Made by a program: the position numbers and the translations under genes. A DNA stretch of 27,062 bases from IMG/VR virus record IMGVR_UViG_3300044630_004000, positions 1-27,062 of that record. One strand, given 5' to 3'. Below the pieces are notes generated by a model. The model was given only the letters and a program-made list of their open reading frames with translations. It was not told the origin of the DNA and searched no databases. The DNA comes from a virus. Its lineage: Duplodnaviria; Caudoviricetes. Of this stretch, positions 1 through 9,510 are shown piece by piece (positions within the stretch are counted from its first letter, which is position 1; every line of letters begins with the position of its first letter).

Positions 1-3000
1 ACATTAAACAGTGCAGTAGAAACAATTAAAGACAATACCATTGATTATATCAATACGAATTTTGGTTCCTTTACTTATAATAGTAGTCTTTGCAGAAGAG
101 ATGCAGGATTTTTAGTAGATGCTGGTTATTATGATGTAGCATTCGGATCAAATTTCTGGGCAGTACAAAACGGTATTTCTTATTATAGACAACAGTCAGC
201 AGTTGTTATTACCGGACAGTTACAACAAGAGTTAGGATCTGTTAATTTTATTAAATCAGAAATTAATACATTATTGACAAGCTACTCAACAGCTAGAACA
301 AGAAGCCATAATACATATAACGAAATTCTTGATATTCTAGAAAACGGTGTAGGAAACGCAGATGCATTAGTGTTTACAAATACAGGAACTGCTAATTTTA
401 CTAATGCTAGACAACAATTACAAACTAACAGAGCATTTATTATCACTGAAATCAGTGACTGGTTAAACACTAATTATAATTCGGTATGGGTCGGGTTAGG
501 ACCAGAAGGGCAAGCAAAATGTCAGCGCGATATAGGATATAGCATCGATGCACTGTCATACGATGTTAACTATGGAGGAAACCTGGCAACTAGAAATATT
601 GCTAGAAGCTTATTCAATAATATAACTGGTGTATCAGTTTATCCTGTAGGCCAACAAGCAGCATCAGCAGCAATGTATACCCAAATTGGTGTAGTTTGTG
701 CAGACATTGTACAAGAATTATACCCAGGACAGAACACTAGTGGCACAGCAGCTACCGCAACAGAAGGCGGTAGAATGACAACTCTTGCAGGTAATATCGA
801 AAATGTTATCACCGCAAATAGTTTAAGTGGATTAGTTGCAGAAAGTGCTCCTAGTATTACATGGGCTGCTGCTGATATTCAAGCGGCAGCAGGTATAATT
901 GCTTCTAATAAAACAGACATTGTTAAAGGAACTTTACAGTTTATTACAAACACTTATAGTAGCTTAGTTTATGATCATGCTAAATGCTCTAGAGATGTTG
1001 GTATAATATTAAAAGCAGTTGGATATGATTTCATGTTCAACAGTAACTATCAGTCTATTAAAGCTGCTCATTCGTATTTGAGACTAACTGCAACTGAAGT
1101 TTATACTTTAAATCAAAAAGCAGCTACAAGAGCAGCACTAGAATATGTACGAACTCAAGCAATTGCAAATGTCTCATCAAACGCGACTGCTATTACTAGA
1201 ATTAATGTATTGATGCCCTTAATTAATAATATTATTTTTAGTGCATCGAATGAAGGATCTGTTTGCCAAACAGAAGAAAGAAACAGATATTATGCTGAAC
1301 TTTTATTAGAACTCAATAGAGAGTTTTTAGTTGCAGAAGCCACAGCATACATTGACGTGACATTCAGTGATACAGCTACAGCCTCAGACACTGTCGACGA
1401 TTCGTTTACTATTTCAAGCACTTCTTGGTTAACTAGAAACGCTGGGATTAAATTTACAGGAACAGTATTTGGAGGGATTACAGCAGGTAGAATATATTAT
1501 GTTCGAGACATTATTAGTTCAACTAAGTTCTCGGTATCAGAATCAAGATTTGGTGCCATTTTTAATTTAAATTCATCGTCAGGAAGCATGAGTGTGTCGC
1601 TGGCATATGATAGTGCATTATGTTTAAGAGATGTGAATACTTACATCGATGCATTAAAATATGATTTAAGATATCCAGGTAATTATAGATCTCGTTATGC
1701 AGCAAGGTATTATATAAATGCAGTTACAGGCAGTTTAGAAGAAGATATGTTCTATCTAAGAGATGCTACTGGTTTAAGAGACATGACTCTTGATGGATTA
1801 TTCGGAGACTTAACACCGCCTAATGCATACGGAACAAGTAGAGTAACTGCTGGTGCATATGCAAGCTTAGATCCAGGTTGGGGTCCAGCCGACTTTACAA
1901 CATGGATTATTAGCCGTTCTCCTTATGTACAAGGGTTAACTACATTTGGTAATGCTGCTATCGGACAAAAAATCGACGGAGCATTGCACAACGGAGGAAA
2001 CGATTCTATAACGTCTAACGACTTTACTCAAGTCATTAGCGATGGTATTGGTGCGTGGGTAACTAACAACGGTCGTGCTGAATTAGTTTCAGTATTCACT
2101 TATTATTCTCATATTGGATACTTGTCAGAAAACGGTGGCCGTATTAGAGGTACTAACGGTAACAATTCTTATGGTTCTTTTGGTGCTATAGCAGAAGGTG
2201 TAGATTTAACAGAAACACCTAATACTGCTATTGTAGATAATATCACTAGATTTAGTCCAGAACTGTTTCAAATTTTAACAGACGGATCTTCATTGTTACG
2301 TGCAGAATATCTCAATGCTGGTATCGATCATACTACTGCAACTTGGACAATTACTGGTGGTGGTTCCAACGGAGCTGCTGTTCAGGATGAGTTCAGAGAT
2401 GACGGTGTATATCAAGTACGATTAATAGAAGGCGAAGCAGAATCAGAGCAATTTGGAGGTCTAGGTTACGTAACTTTTTCTAGTACAGCACAGGTTGGAG
2501 ATTCAACTTCGATAACACTTGCAGCAACAGATGGTAGCCCAGATGATCAGTATGTTGGGATGACTGTTTTATTAACTGGAGGAACTGGTGCAGGCCAAAT
2601 TGGAAGAATCACAGCATACTCTTCTGGTACTAAGATAGCTACTGTAGAAAAGTTTAGCACTGGTGCAGCTGGCTGGGATCATGTTGTTCCTGGGACTGCT
2701 ATTGTGTCTCCGGATGCATCTACAACTTATACTATTGAACCAACTGTAGAATTTAGTTCACCAGGATTTACTACTACTGTATCAACAAGTATTGCATCTT
2801 CACAATGGACAGATGCAGTGTTCGGACAAACTACAGGCACTTATATTAATGTAACTGGAACGTACAGCGGTGACGGTAATGTAACACCTGCTACTTTTAA
2901 TGTAATCAGAAACGGTTGGAAGTATATAGTAACAGGAGTAACTGGCGGCAGCGGCTATGAGCGTCTTCAAACTATCACTATAGCAGGAACAGATTTAGGC

Positions 3001-5031
3001 GGTGCAAGTCCTGCGAACGATATTGTAATTACTATTACAAGCGTAGATCCGATAACCGGAGAATTATTATTACAAGACGAAGAACTCAATCCAGCGGTGC
3101 CATTTGATTTTGTAGGTACAGGATTCAGCGGAAGATATGTTGCTATACGAACAGCAGCTTCGGGTGCATATAGTAACGATGGTATAACATGGACTAGTAT
3201 GTCTATGCCAAGTAACCAATCTTGGACTTCAGTAGCAGCGGCACAAGTAGACGATGTTTCTTCTATTCAAAACACCGGAATATTTGTAGCAGTAGCATCC
3301 GGAACAAATCAAGCAGCATATTCAGAAGATGGCATAAATTGGGATGCAACCACAATGCCAGAATCAGCTGACTGGATCAGTGTTACATACGGAAACGGCC
3401 GCTGGGTAGCAATTGCATTGGATACGACTACAGTCGCAGTGTCCTTAGACGGAATCACTTGGGATATAACCGGTACATTGGCTACTACCGGTTACAATGC
3501 TATAACTTATGGAAAAGGATTATTTGTAGCTGTAAGAAGCGGAACTACAGTAGCAGCTTCGAGCACTGACGGAGAAACCTGGGCAACAAGAGTGTTGCCA
3601 GCAGCATCAACATGGACGACGGTGACATATGGTAATAATAAGTTTGTTGCCTTAGCTAGTAATTCAAACGATGGTGCTTACAGCTTAAACGGAACAACAT
3701 GGAGCTCGATGACTACTACATCGCCAGATGGTAGTTCTGTGGCCGGTTACGAAAAAGTCAGTTATGGCCAAGGATTATTTATGGCCACGGTATATAATTC
3801 AGCAGTTGAAGATTATTCTTTCGTAGTTACTAGCGAAGACGGTATAGTTTGGACTGCTAGAGGTCTTCCAGGACCTAGTGCAGCAGTCGTCGCTGGATAT
3901 AATGCACTTGCTTTTGGAACTCCAGACCGTAACGGGTACTGGGCAGTTCTAAGTGAGCAAGTTAGTTCACATACTGTGCGTGTTAGAACTGGAGCGACTG
4001 CAAAAGGCAGAGCGTCTGTAGCAGACGAAAAAGTGTTCCAGATTATTATTACTGAGCCAGGGTCAGGTTATGATACTGTGCCTACTATGACTGTAACAGA
4101 TCCTAGTGTAATTTATGATGTTCCGCACACAGTAAGAGTAGGCAGCGGAGTATTAGCCAATCCTACCTTTACAAATAGAGGATCGTCGTATGTTACAGGA
4201 TCGGCTAATCTATCAGGCCTTGACGGTTTCGCTGATAATTATCAAGCAACCGGTGTCATTGCGATTAGAAGATTAACACAAAGACCTGTAGCTGGTTCAA
4301 ACATTGTATTCTCGCACTTACCAGATAGAGTGTTTAAGCTAGTCAATGTGTTGACATTCTTGGGAGAAATTGACGGATCTTATAAGGCGTTCTTCCAAAT
4401 AAGTCCGACATTCTCTATAGATGAAGCACCAGAAAACGGTGTAAGTTTAGAAACAAGGATTCGATATTCGCAAGTTCGATTAACAGGACACGATTTCTTA
4501 GATATTGGCACCGGCGGATTTACTAGTAGCAACTACCCAGGAACACCTTTAATAGCACCAGACCCGGCAGACGAAGTTGTTGAAAACGGCGGTGGAAGAG
4601 TATTCTTTACAAGTACAGACCAGGACGGAAACTTTAGAGTAGGTAATTTGTTTGCAGTTGAACAAAGCACTGGTATTGCAACACTAAATGCGGATGCATT
4701 TAACATTTCGGGCTTGAATGAACTTAATTTGGGTAACGTAACATTAGGCGGCGGATCTGCAACAATTACTGAATTCAGTACAGATCCATTCTTTAGTGCA
4801 GACTCAGATAATGTAGTACCAACACAACGTGCTATTAAGGCATATATTGCATCACAAATTGGTGGAGGTGGTGCAGCGTTAAATGTAAATAGTGTAACAG
4901 CAGGTAGCATATTGATTAATAGTAATCAAATTACAACTATTACTAGCGGCGCGATACAAATGAATGCAACTTTCGATTTCCGCGGCGGCATTATCGGAGT
5001 TCCAATCGCATTAAATTACTTTTTAATATAA
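1..5031 (+). CDS. Very large multi-domain virion structural or tail-associated protein, 5'-partial (CxRD helical repeats, beta-helix-like region, beta-propeller)
   Basis: The frame is open from base 1 (TLNSAVETIKDNTIDYINTNF...), so the TTG at 274 is not the true start. It has four C-x-R-D...YD...N repeats, a pectin-lyase-like segment (RSPYVQ...NDFTQV...AELVSVFTYY), six S-x-[DN]-G-x-x-W repeats and a Thr/Gly/Ser-rich composition. Confidence 0.75.
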   Translation, partial: TLNSAVETIKDNTIDYINTNFGSFTYNSSLCRRDAGFLVDAGYYDVAFGSNFWAVQNGISYYRQQSAVVITGQLQQELGSVNFIKSEINTLLTSYSTARTRSHNTYNEILDILENGVGNADALVFTNTGTANFTNARQQLQTNRAFIITEISDWLNTNYNSVWVGLGPEGQAKCQRDIGYSIDALSYDVNYGGNLATRNIARSLFNNITGVSVYPVGQQAASAAMYTQIGVVCADIVQELYPGQNTSGTAATATEGGRMTTLAGNIENVITANSLSGLVAESAPSITWAAADIQAAAGIIASNKTDIVKGTLQFITNTYSSLVYDHAKCSRDVGIILKAVGYDFMFNSNYQSIKAAHSYLRLTATEVYTLNQKAATRAALEYVRTQAIANVSSNATAITRINVLMPLINNIIFSASNEGSVCQTEERNRYYAELLLELNREFLVAEATAYIDVTFSDTATASDTVDDSFTISSTSWLTRNAGIKFTGTVFGGITAGRIYYVRDIISSTKFSVSESRFGAIFNLNSSSGSMSVSLAYDSALCLRDVNTYIDALKYDLRYPGNYRSRYAARYYINAVTGSLEEDMFYLRDATGLRDMTLDGLFGDLTPPNAYGTSRVTAGAYASLDPGWGPADFTTWIISRSPYVQGLTTFGNAAIGQKIDGALHNGGNDSITSNDFTQVISDGIGAWVTNNGRAELVSVFTYYSHIGYLSENGGRIRGTNGNNSYGSFGAIAEGVDLTETPNTAIVDNITRFSPELFQILTDGSSLLRAEYLNAGIDHTTATWTITGGGSNGAAVQDEFRDDGVYQVRLIEGEAESEQFGGLGYVTFSSTAQVGDSTSITLAATDGSPDDQYVGMTVLLTGGTGAGQIGRITAYSSGTKIATVEKFSTGAAGWDHVVPGTAIVSPDASTTYTIEPTVEFSSPGFTTTVSTSIASSQWTDAVFGQTTGTYINVTGTYSGDGNVTPATFNVIRNGWKYIVTGVTGGSGYERLQTITIAGTDLGGASPANDIVITITSVDPITGELLLQDEELNPAVPFDFVGTGFSGRYVAIRTAASGAYSNDGITWTSMSMPSNQSWTSVAAAQVDDVSSIQNTGIFVAVASGTNQAAYSEDGINWDATTMPESADWISVTYGNGRWVAIALDTTTVAVSLDGITWDITGTLATTGYNAITYGKGLFVAVRSGTTVAASSTDGETWATRVLPAASTWTTVTYGNNKFVALASNSNDGAYSLNGTTWSSMTTTSPDGSSVAGYEKVSYGQGLFMATVYNSAVEDYSFVVTSEDGIVWTARGLPGPSAAVVAGYNALAFGTPDRNGYWAVLSEQVSSHTVRVRTGATAKGRASVADEKVFQIIITEPGSGYDTVPTMTVTDPSVIYDVPHTVRVGSGVLANPTFTNRGSSYVTGSANLSGLDGFADNYQATGVIAIRRLTQRPVAGSNIVFSHLPDRVFKLVNVLTFLGEIDGSYKAFFQISPTFSIDEAPENGVSLETRIRYSQVRLTGHDFLDIGTGGFTSSNYPGTPLIAPDPADEVVENGGGRVFFTSTDQDGNFRVGNLFAVEQSTGIATLNADAFNISGLNELNLGNVTLGGGSATITEFSTDPFFSADSDNVVPTQRAIKAYIASQIGGGGAALNVNSVTAGSILINSNQITTITSGAIQMNATFDFRGGIIGVPIALNYFLI
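3130..3960 (+). repeat. Six BNR/Asp-box-like protein repeats, probable beta-propeller
   Basis: YSNDGITW, YSEDGINW, VSLDGITW, SSTDGETW, YSLNGTTW and TSEDGIVW, interleaved with TYG(N/K)x(x)F/WVA-type motifs at about 40-50 aa spacing. Confidence 0.8.
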
Positions 5032-5034
5032 GTA
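5027..5034 (+). promoter_or_regulatory. Putative T4-type late promoter (TATAAGTA)
   Basis: One mismatch to TATAAATA. It lies just upstream of a GGAG RBS (5043-5046) and the ATG at 5054. Confidence 0.4.
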
Positions 5035-5053
5035 TACAACATGGAGAAATAAA

Positions 5054-5377
5054 ATGGCATCAGGAAGATTAGGGGCACAAAATTTAACAACTACAAGTAA
5101 TGTAGTGTTATATACTTGCCCAACAACAACATTTACGGTAGCTACAGTAAACTTAGTTAATAGAAACAGCACCGAGATTAGGGCAAGAATAGCTATATCA
5201 GCTTTAGATGCACCTACAGATGCAGAATGGATAGAATATGATGTTCTATTACAAGCAAACGGTGTGGTTGAAAGAACTGGTCTTGTTTTAGATGCAGGTA
5301 AAAGAATTGTAGTTAGAACCAATACAAGCGGAGTTTCCGCTGTGGCATTTGGTATCGAAACTACAACATTAGCTTAA
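5054..5377 (+). CDS. Small phage virion structural protein (beta-rich)
   Basis: GGAG RBS and ATG start. The LYTCP...ATVNLVNR...IEYD...ERTGLVL pattern resembles small structural proteins that flank fibre genes, and it sits in the structural operon. Confidence 0.6.
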   Translation: MASGRLGAQNLTTTSNVVLYTCPTTTFTVATVNLVNRNSTEIRARIAISALDAPTDAEWIEYDVLLQANGVVERTGLVLDAGKRIVVRTNTSGVSAVAFGIETTTLA

Positions 5378-5389
5378 GGAATAATAAAA

Positions 5390-6373
5390 ATGTCAAGACG
5401 AGTAACAGCGGGTATTCTACCAACCGGTTTTGGAGATTTATCTATTAATGGTAGTGTTCTAACAGTTGGTGGAACCAACAACAGCATTACTATAACTCCA
5501 GTCGGTACAGGGATAACACGATCTTCTAAAGATTTTCAAATAGAGGCAGGATCGAGACTTAGATTAGCCGATAACGACTCTACAAATTGGGTAGGATTTA
5601 AAGCCCCTGCTACTGTTTCGACTAATGTTACATGGACATTACCTTCTGCTGACGGTTCCGATAACACATTTTTGTCAACTGATGGAGCCGGTAATTTATC
5701 CTGGATTTCAGCGAACTTAGGAGTACAAGATCAAACGTCTTCTACAAGTGTACATTATCCATTGTTTACGGAAGTAACAACAAATACAACCTCTGAGACA
5801 CTTTATCGTGCATCGACTAAGTTATCATTCATACCAAGTAGCGGTATATTTTCTGCTTCTGGAGTTTCTGTAACAGCTAGTACTGCGTCAAGCGGGACAG
5901 GTTCTGGTGCTCTTATAGTTACCGGAGGCGCAGGCATTGGAGGACAGCTTAGTGCTAATACACTTAACAGCGGAAACTCTCAAATTACTTCATTAGGTGT
6001 AGGCACTGCTGCATCAGGTACATCTGGAGAAGTACGTGCAACGAACAACGTAGTAGCGTATTTTTCATCGGACGCCAAATTTAAAGAAAATATTAGAGAT
6101 ATTCCAAATGCACTAGATAAAGTTTGCAGTATTGGCGGAAAATTATTTTCTTGGACAGACGAATATGTAGAATCTAAAGGCGGTGCTGACGGATATTTTA
6201 TTCTAAAAGACGATTACGGTGTAATAGCTCAGGATGTGTTATCCGCATTTCCAGAAGCTGTAAGAAAACGTGATGACGACAGTTTGGCTGTTGATTATGC
6301 TAAACTAAGTGCCTTAGCTTTTGCTGCAATAGCTGAATTGAAAAAAGAAATAGATGTATTGAAAGGCAACTGA
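5390..6373 (+). CDS. Tail fibre protein with C-terminal intramolecular chaperone (peptidase S74-like)
   Basis: Ser/Thr/Gly-rich shaft, then the autocleavage motif FSSDAKFKENI, GVIAQDV...FPEAV and VDYAKL, ending in a coiled coil (AIAELKKEIDVLK). AAGGA RBS upstream. Confidence 0.85.
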   Translation: MSRRVTAGILPTGFGDLSINGSVLTVGGTNNSITITPVGTGITRSSKDFQIEAGSRLRLADNDSTNWVGFKAPATVSTNVTWTLPSADGSDNTFLSTDGAGNLSWISANLGVQDQTSSTSVHYPLFTEVTTNTTSETLYRASTKLSFIPSSGIFSASGVSVTASTASSGTGSGALIVTGGAGIGGQLSANTLNSGNSQITSLGVGTAASGTSGEVRATNNVVAYFSSDAKFKENIRDIPNALDKVCSIGGKLFSWTDEYVESKGGADGYFILKDDYGVIAQDVLSAFPEAVRKRDDDSLAVDYAKLSALAFAAIAELKKEIDVLKGN

Positions 6374-6957
6374 TGAACGGAAATAACAAAGCACTTTCGG
6401 CAAAGATAACAAATCTTCTTCCAAAAGAATTTTGTCAATTTTACACACACGTTTTAATGATGCAAAGTTTAAAACCAAAAAAACATGATCCTCAGGTTCC
6501 GGATTGTTTAGCTAGGTTAGATCATGAAATAATGTTCGATACTGTGTTAGAAAGATTATGGCCTACTATGGAATCAATCGTCGGCGAAGAGCTCTTACCA
6601 ACGTATGCATTTTCTAGATTATACACTAATGGAAATATACTAGAAAAACATATAGATAGGCCAGCGTGTGAAGTAAGTGTAACCATACAATTAGGTCGGT
6701 CTCATCACTACTCATGGCCAATTTATGTTGGTAATGATCGTTATGATTTAGCAGAAGGCGACGGAGTTTTGTATCATGGCTGCGATGTAGAACATTGGAG
6801 GGAAAAATGTGATGGTCCTCCAGGATATTATTCAGGACAATTATTTTTACATTATGTAAGAAAAAATGGAGAACATTCTAATCATGCTGGAGATGCTATG
6901 AATAGACGACCTCCGGCTTTTATGAAAAATCGAACTTATCTAATGGAGAGTAAATGA
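6373..6957 (+). CDS. Fe(II)/2-oxoglutarate-dependent oxygenase-like protein
   Basis: HxD motif (KHIDRPACEVSVT), distal His (GCDVEHWRE) and QLFLHYV strand. TGATG overlap with the fibre gene. Confidence 0.75.
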   Translation: MNGNNKALSAKITNLLPKEFCQFYTHVLMMQSLKPKKHDPQVPDCLARLDHEIMFDTVLERLWPTMESIVGEELLPTYAFSRLYTNGNILEKHIDRPACEVSVTIQLGRSHHYSWPIYVGNDRYDLAEGDGVLYHGCDVEHWREKCDGPPGYYSGQLFLHYVRKNGEHSNHAGDAMNRRPPAFMKNRTYLMESK

Positions 6958-7568
6958 TTTACGCAATACCTCCAAGAAATCCAAAAGGAAAAGATTTAGT
7001 TGCATACTGGGATGATTTTCTCAAACCAGAACATATCGATCTTATCTTGCAAATGCCTGAATGGAATAATTTAGCAGATGGTGTTGTTGGTGGTCAGAAT
7101 GATCCCAATACAGCAGCAAATAGACCAGAAATAAGAACGAGTCAAATTGCATGGATGCATCTAAATGAAAGTAATGCAGGATTATGGGATGTTATTTCTA
7201 AAGTAGTTGCAGAAGTAAATAGCCAGTTTTTTCAATTTGATTTAACTGGAATGTATGAGCCTATGCAGCTATCTTTATATGATTCAGAAAAGATTAATCA
7301 AGGACACTATACGTGGCATACAGATATGTCTATGATGGATAGGCATGTTCCAAGAAAACTCAGTATGTCATTGTTGTTAAGTGATCCTTCAGAGTTTGAA
7401 GGTGGAGAGTTTGAAGTAAAAACCGATAGCGACATTCCGATTAATTTAGAACAAAAAAGAGGAAGAGCATGGTTTTTTCCAAGCTGGGCACTACATCGTG
7501 TTACTCCTGTGACAAAGGGTGTACGTAAATCATTAGTATTATGGGTGGGCGGACCACCTTTTAAGTAA
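6954..7568 (+). CDS. Fe(II)/2OG dioxygenase, PKHD / prolyl-4-hydroxylase type
   Basis: HYTWHTD, RKLSMSLLLSDPSEFEGGEF and FPSWALHRVTPVTKGVRKSLVLW give the HxD...H triad plus the 2OG-binding Arg. Confidence 0.88.
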   Translation: MIYAIPPRNPKGKDLVAYWDDFLKPEHIDLILQMPEWNNLADGVVGGQNDPNTAANRPEIRTSQIAWMHLNESNAGLWDVISKVVAEVNSQFFQFDLTGMYEPMQLSLYDSEKINQGHYTWHTDMSMMDRHVPRKLSMSLLLSDPSEFEGGEFEVKTDSDIPINLEQKRGRAWFFPSWALHRVTPVTKGVRKSLVLWVGGPPFK

Positions 7569-7584
7569 TTGAGGAGCAAATAAA

Positions 7585-8577
7585 ATGGCATTACCAGGAC
7601 CAGGACCATCGTTATCGATGGATCAGATTGGAGTAGAATTCGGAGACTCTAGACCCCACGCCCTAAACGAATTTTATAGGGGAGGACCGTTAGTTAGCAA
7701 TTATCCAGCAAACGCCGGAGTTCCTACAGCAAATCAAATAGCGATTGGTAATTTTTACGGAACTAATAATCGAAACGTAATCAGTGTCACAATTACTGGC
7801 AGTACTTCAAATTATAATGCATGGGATAATAGACAGCCAACTTATTTTCCAGGAAAAACAGATATAACATTTACTATAAATCCAGGAGTAATTATAAGTA
7901 GTGGCAGCACTGCGGCAGCATTCACAGTTCCGAACCAATTTAATGCTAGCGATACTGTAAGAATCGTTAATAACGGAACAATTCTCGGACGAGGCGGTGA
8001 CGGAGGCCCAGGCGGTGATGGCAATCCAGGCGGCGTAGGTAATGGCAATACTGGAGGTGGCGGCTCAACTGCTTTACAAATTTCTCGTCCGACAACTATA
8101 ACTAATAATGGAAACCTGTGGGGCGGAGGAGGAGGAGGCGGCGGAGGCGGAGGCGCTAGAGTAAACTCTTCGTTCTTTGGAGGCGACGGTTCATATACCT
8201 TTCCATCTTTCACCAATGGCGGATGTTCTGGTGGTGGTGGCGGCGGCGGCGGCCGAGGAATATCTAACGGGGGTGCAGGCGGCGGCGCCTTTGGCCCGTT
8301 CAACGTTTCTGGAGGAAGCCCAGGCGGCGCAGGCTCCGTTCCTACGAATGGCGGTGGCGGAGGCGGAGGATCAACCACAGGTGCTGGCGGTACAGCCACC
8401 GGCGGTGGCGGAGGTGCTGGCGGTGGAGCCGGTGCTAACGGCGGTGGCGGACAAAATACACTTTCGTCCAACAACTTTTCAGCTGGTGGTGGTGCTGGCG
8501 GCGCAGGAGCATACATAGTAGGGAATCCGTTTGCTACTTTCCCTGCTACCGGCTCAAGACTTGGAAATGTAGGTTAA
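7585..8577 (+). CDS. Glycine-rich receptor-binding adhesin, T2/S16 gp38-like
   Basis: NNGTILGRGGDGG, NNGNLWGGGGGGGGG, GGGGGRG and the C-terminal GGAGAYIVGN...GSRLG match the layout of gp38 polyglycine motifs. It lies downstream of an S74-bearing fibre and has a GAGGAG RBS. Confidence 0.75.
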   Translation: MALPGPGPSLSMDQIGVEFGDSRPHALNEFYRGGPLVSNYPANAGVPTANQIAIGNFYGTNNRNVISVTITGSTSNYNAWDNRQPTYFPGKTDITFTINPGVIISSGSTAAAFTVPNQFNASDTVRIVNNGTILGRGGDGGPGGDGNPGGVGNGNTGGGGSTALQISRPTTITNNGNLWGGGGGGGGGGGARVNSSFFGGDGSYTFPSFTNGGCSGGGGGGGGRGISNGGAGGGAFGPFNVSGGSPGGAGSVPTNGGGGGGGSTTGAGGTATGGGGGAGGGAGANGGGGQNTLSSNNFSAGGGAGGAGAYIVGNPFATFPATGSRLGNVG

Positions 8578-8586
8578 GGAGAAAGC

Positions 8587-8997
8587 ATGTCATTAATCAA
8601 AATGAAAATTTTAAAATATGAAGAAGAAAGTAATTCTTTAATTGTAGTATTTGCGTCAGAAAATTCTCAAAAATCTATTGATGAATATCCTATTGCCGCA
8701 TTTCAGCCAACTATGTTTGATACTCAAGATCCAGCAAAAGTGATAGAACATATTGCAAGAGCAGGTATATCTGTTACACAAAAACAAGATAAAGACGAAC
8801 AATTTAAAAATAATCCAGATTTGGCAAAAAAATACCAAGAATACATAGGAAAAGAGTTAGTATTTGACGTTGATACGTTGTTACAAACAGCAGATCAAAT
8901 AGTAGAACATAGAGTAGAATATGCATCTATAGTAGATGAAATTCTAGAAGAAATTGTTATTGACAATATCGATGATACGCAAAAGAAATCAGATTGA
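8587..8997 (+). CDS. Hypothetical protein (acidic, possibly fibre-associated)
   Basis: Strong AAGGAG RBS and ATG directly after the adhesin gene. No recognisable catalytic motif. Confidence 0.6.
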   Translation: MSLIKMKILKYEEESNSLIVVFASENSQKSIDEYPIAAFQPTMFDTQDPAKVIEHIARAGISVTQKQDKDEQFKNNPDLAKKYQEYIGKELVFDVDTLLQTADQIVEHRVEYASIVDEILEEIVIDNIDDTQKKSD

Positions 8998-9475
8998 TAA
9001 TATTCGAGTAGAGCGTATATGTTTATTTTCACAAGAATCATTAGAAATTAATGCTTTAAATATCGATGATATAGACGAAGGAGAATTATCCTGGATTTAT
9101 ATTTTAGAAGGTGAGTTGTTTATAGAAAGTGCAAAATCTAAAAATTTAACAAGTTTTGTAACTAATAATAAATTAAACGATCTTAGAGCGTTTTCGGAAG
9201 GATTTATTAAGATAACCGCTGGTATTACTGGGTGTGCTTGCTTATTAATATTTTCTTCAAAATGTTGTTGCTCAGTAAAAAATTTAAAAGATACAAATAT
9301 TATCTCTTCGGATACATCAATTTCGTATATTCTGCCTCTGGTCAAAAATTTAGAATTTACAAATTCAGACAAGCCATTAAGCACTAAAAATATAGTAATT
9401 CTACCAAAAGGAAAATCAGTCAAGTTTAAAAATCTTGACAATAATTCTCATCACATTCTATTGATAAACACTTAA
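8972..9475 (+). CDS. Hypothetical cupin-like beta protein (paralogue of 9511..10008)
   Basis: The in-frame ATG at 8972 is preferred over the TTG at 8954. WIYILEGELFI, NDLRAF and KGKSVKF align with motifs in the next ORF. Confidence 0.5.
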   Translation: MIRKRNQIDNIRVERICLFSQESLEINALNIDDIDEGELSWIYILEGELFIESAKSKNLTSFVTNNKLNDLRAFSEGFIKITAGITGCACLLIFSSKCCCSVKNLKDTNIISSDTSISYILPLVKNLEFTNSDKPLSTKNIVILPKGKSVKFKNLDNNSHHILLINT

Positions 9476-9476
9476 G

Positions 9477-9484
9477 AATAAATA
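9477..9484 (+). promoter_or_regulatory. Putative T4-type late promoter (AATAAATA)
   Basis: One mismatch to TATAAATA, in the only sizeable gap (35 nt) ahead of the long coupled enzyme operon. Confidence 0.45.
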
Positions 9485-9510
9485 TCTTGGATTTTTAACT
9501 TAAATTTATT

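Noticed and set aside
274-276. ORF-track start of the giant protein
   Set aside because: The frame is open back to base 1 and contains another CxRD repeat, so the real start lies upstream of the window.
4533-5322. Minus-strand ORFs 4533..4910 and 5023..5322, and similar short antisense ORFs elsewhere (282, 7307, 8656, 9097, 10358, 13325, 16362, 18086, 22532, 24589, 24949, 25423)
   Set aside because: All overlap better-supported genes on the opposite strand and show no recognisable motifs.
8120-8500. GGC/GGA/GGT triplet runs as a microsatellite, CRISPR array or DGR variable repeat
   Set aside because: They are explained by polyglycine coding. There is no repeat-spacer periodicity, no template/variable repeat pair and no reverse transcriptase in the window.
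7842-8516. 224-aa proline-rich ORF on the minus strand
   Set aside because: It is the antisense shadow of the GGN codons of the glycine-rich adhesin, with no independent evidence of coding.
8177-8518. 113-aa Ala/Val-rich alternative-frame ORF
   Set aside because: It is an off-frame reading of the GC-rich Gly tract, which naturally lacks stop codons.
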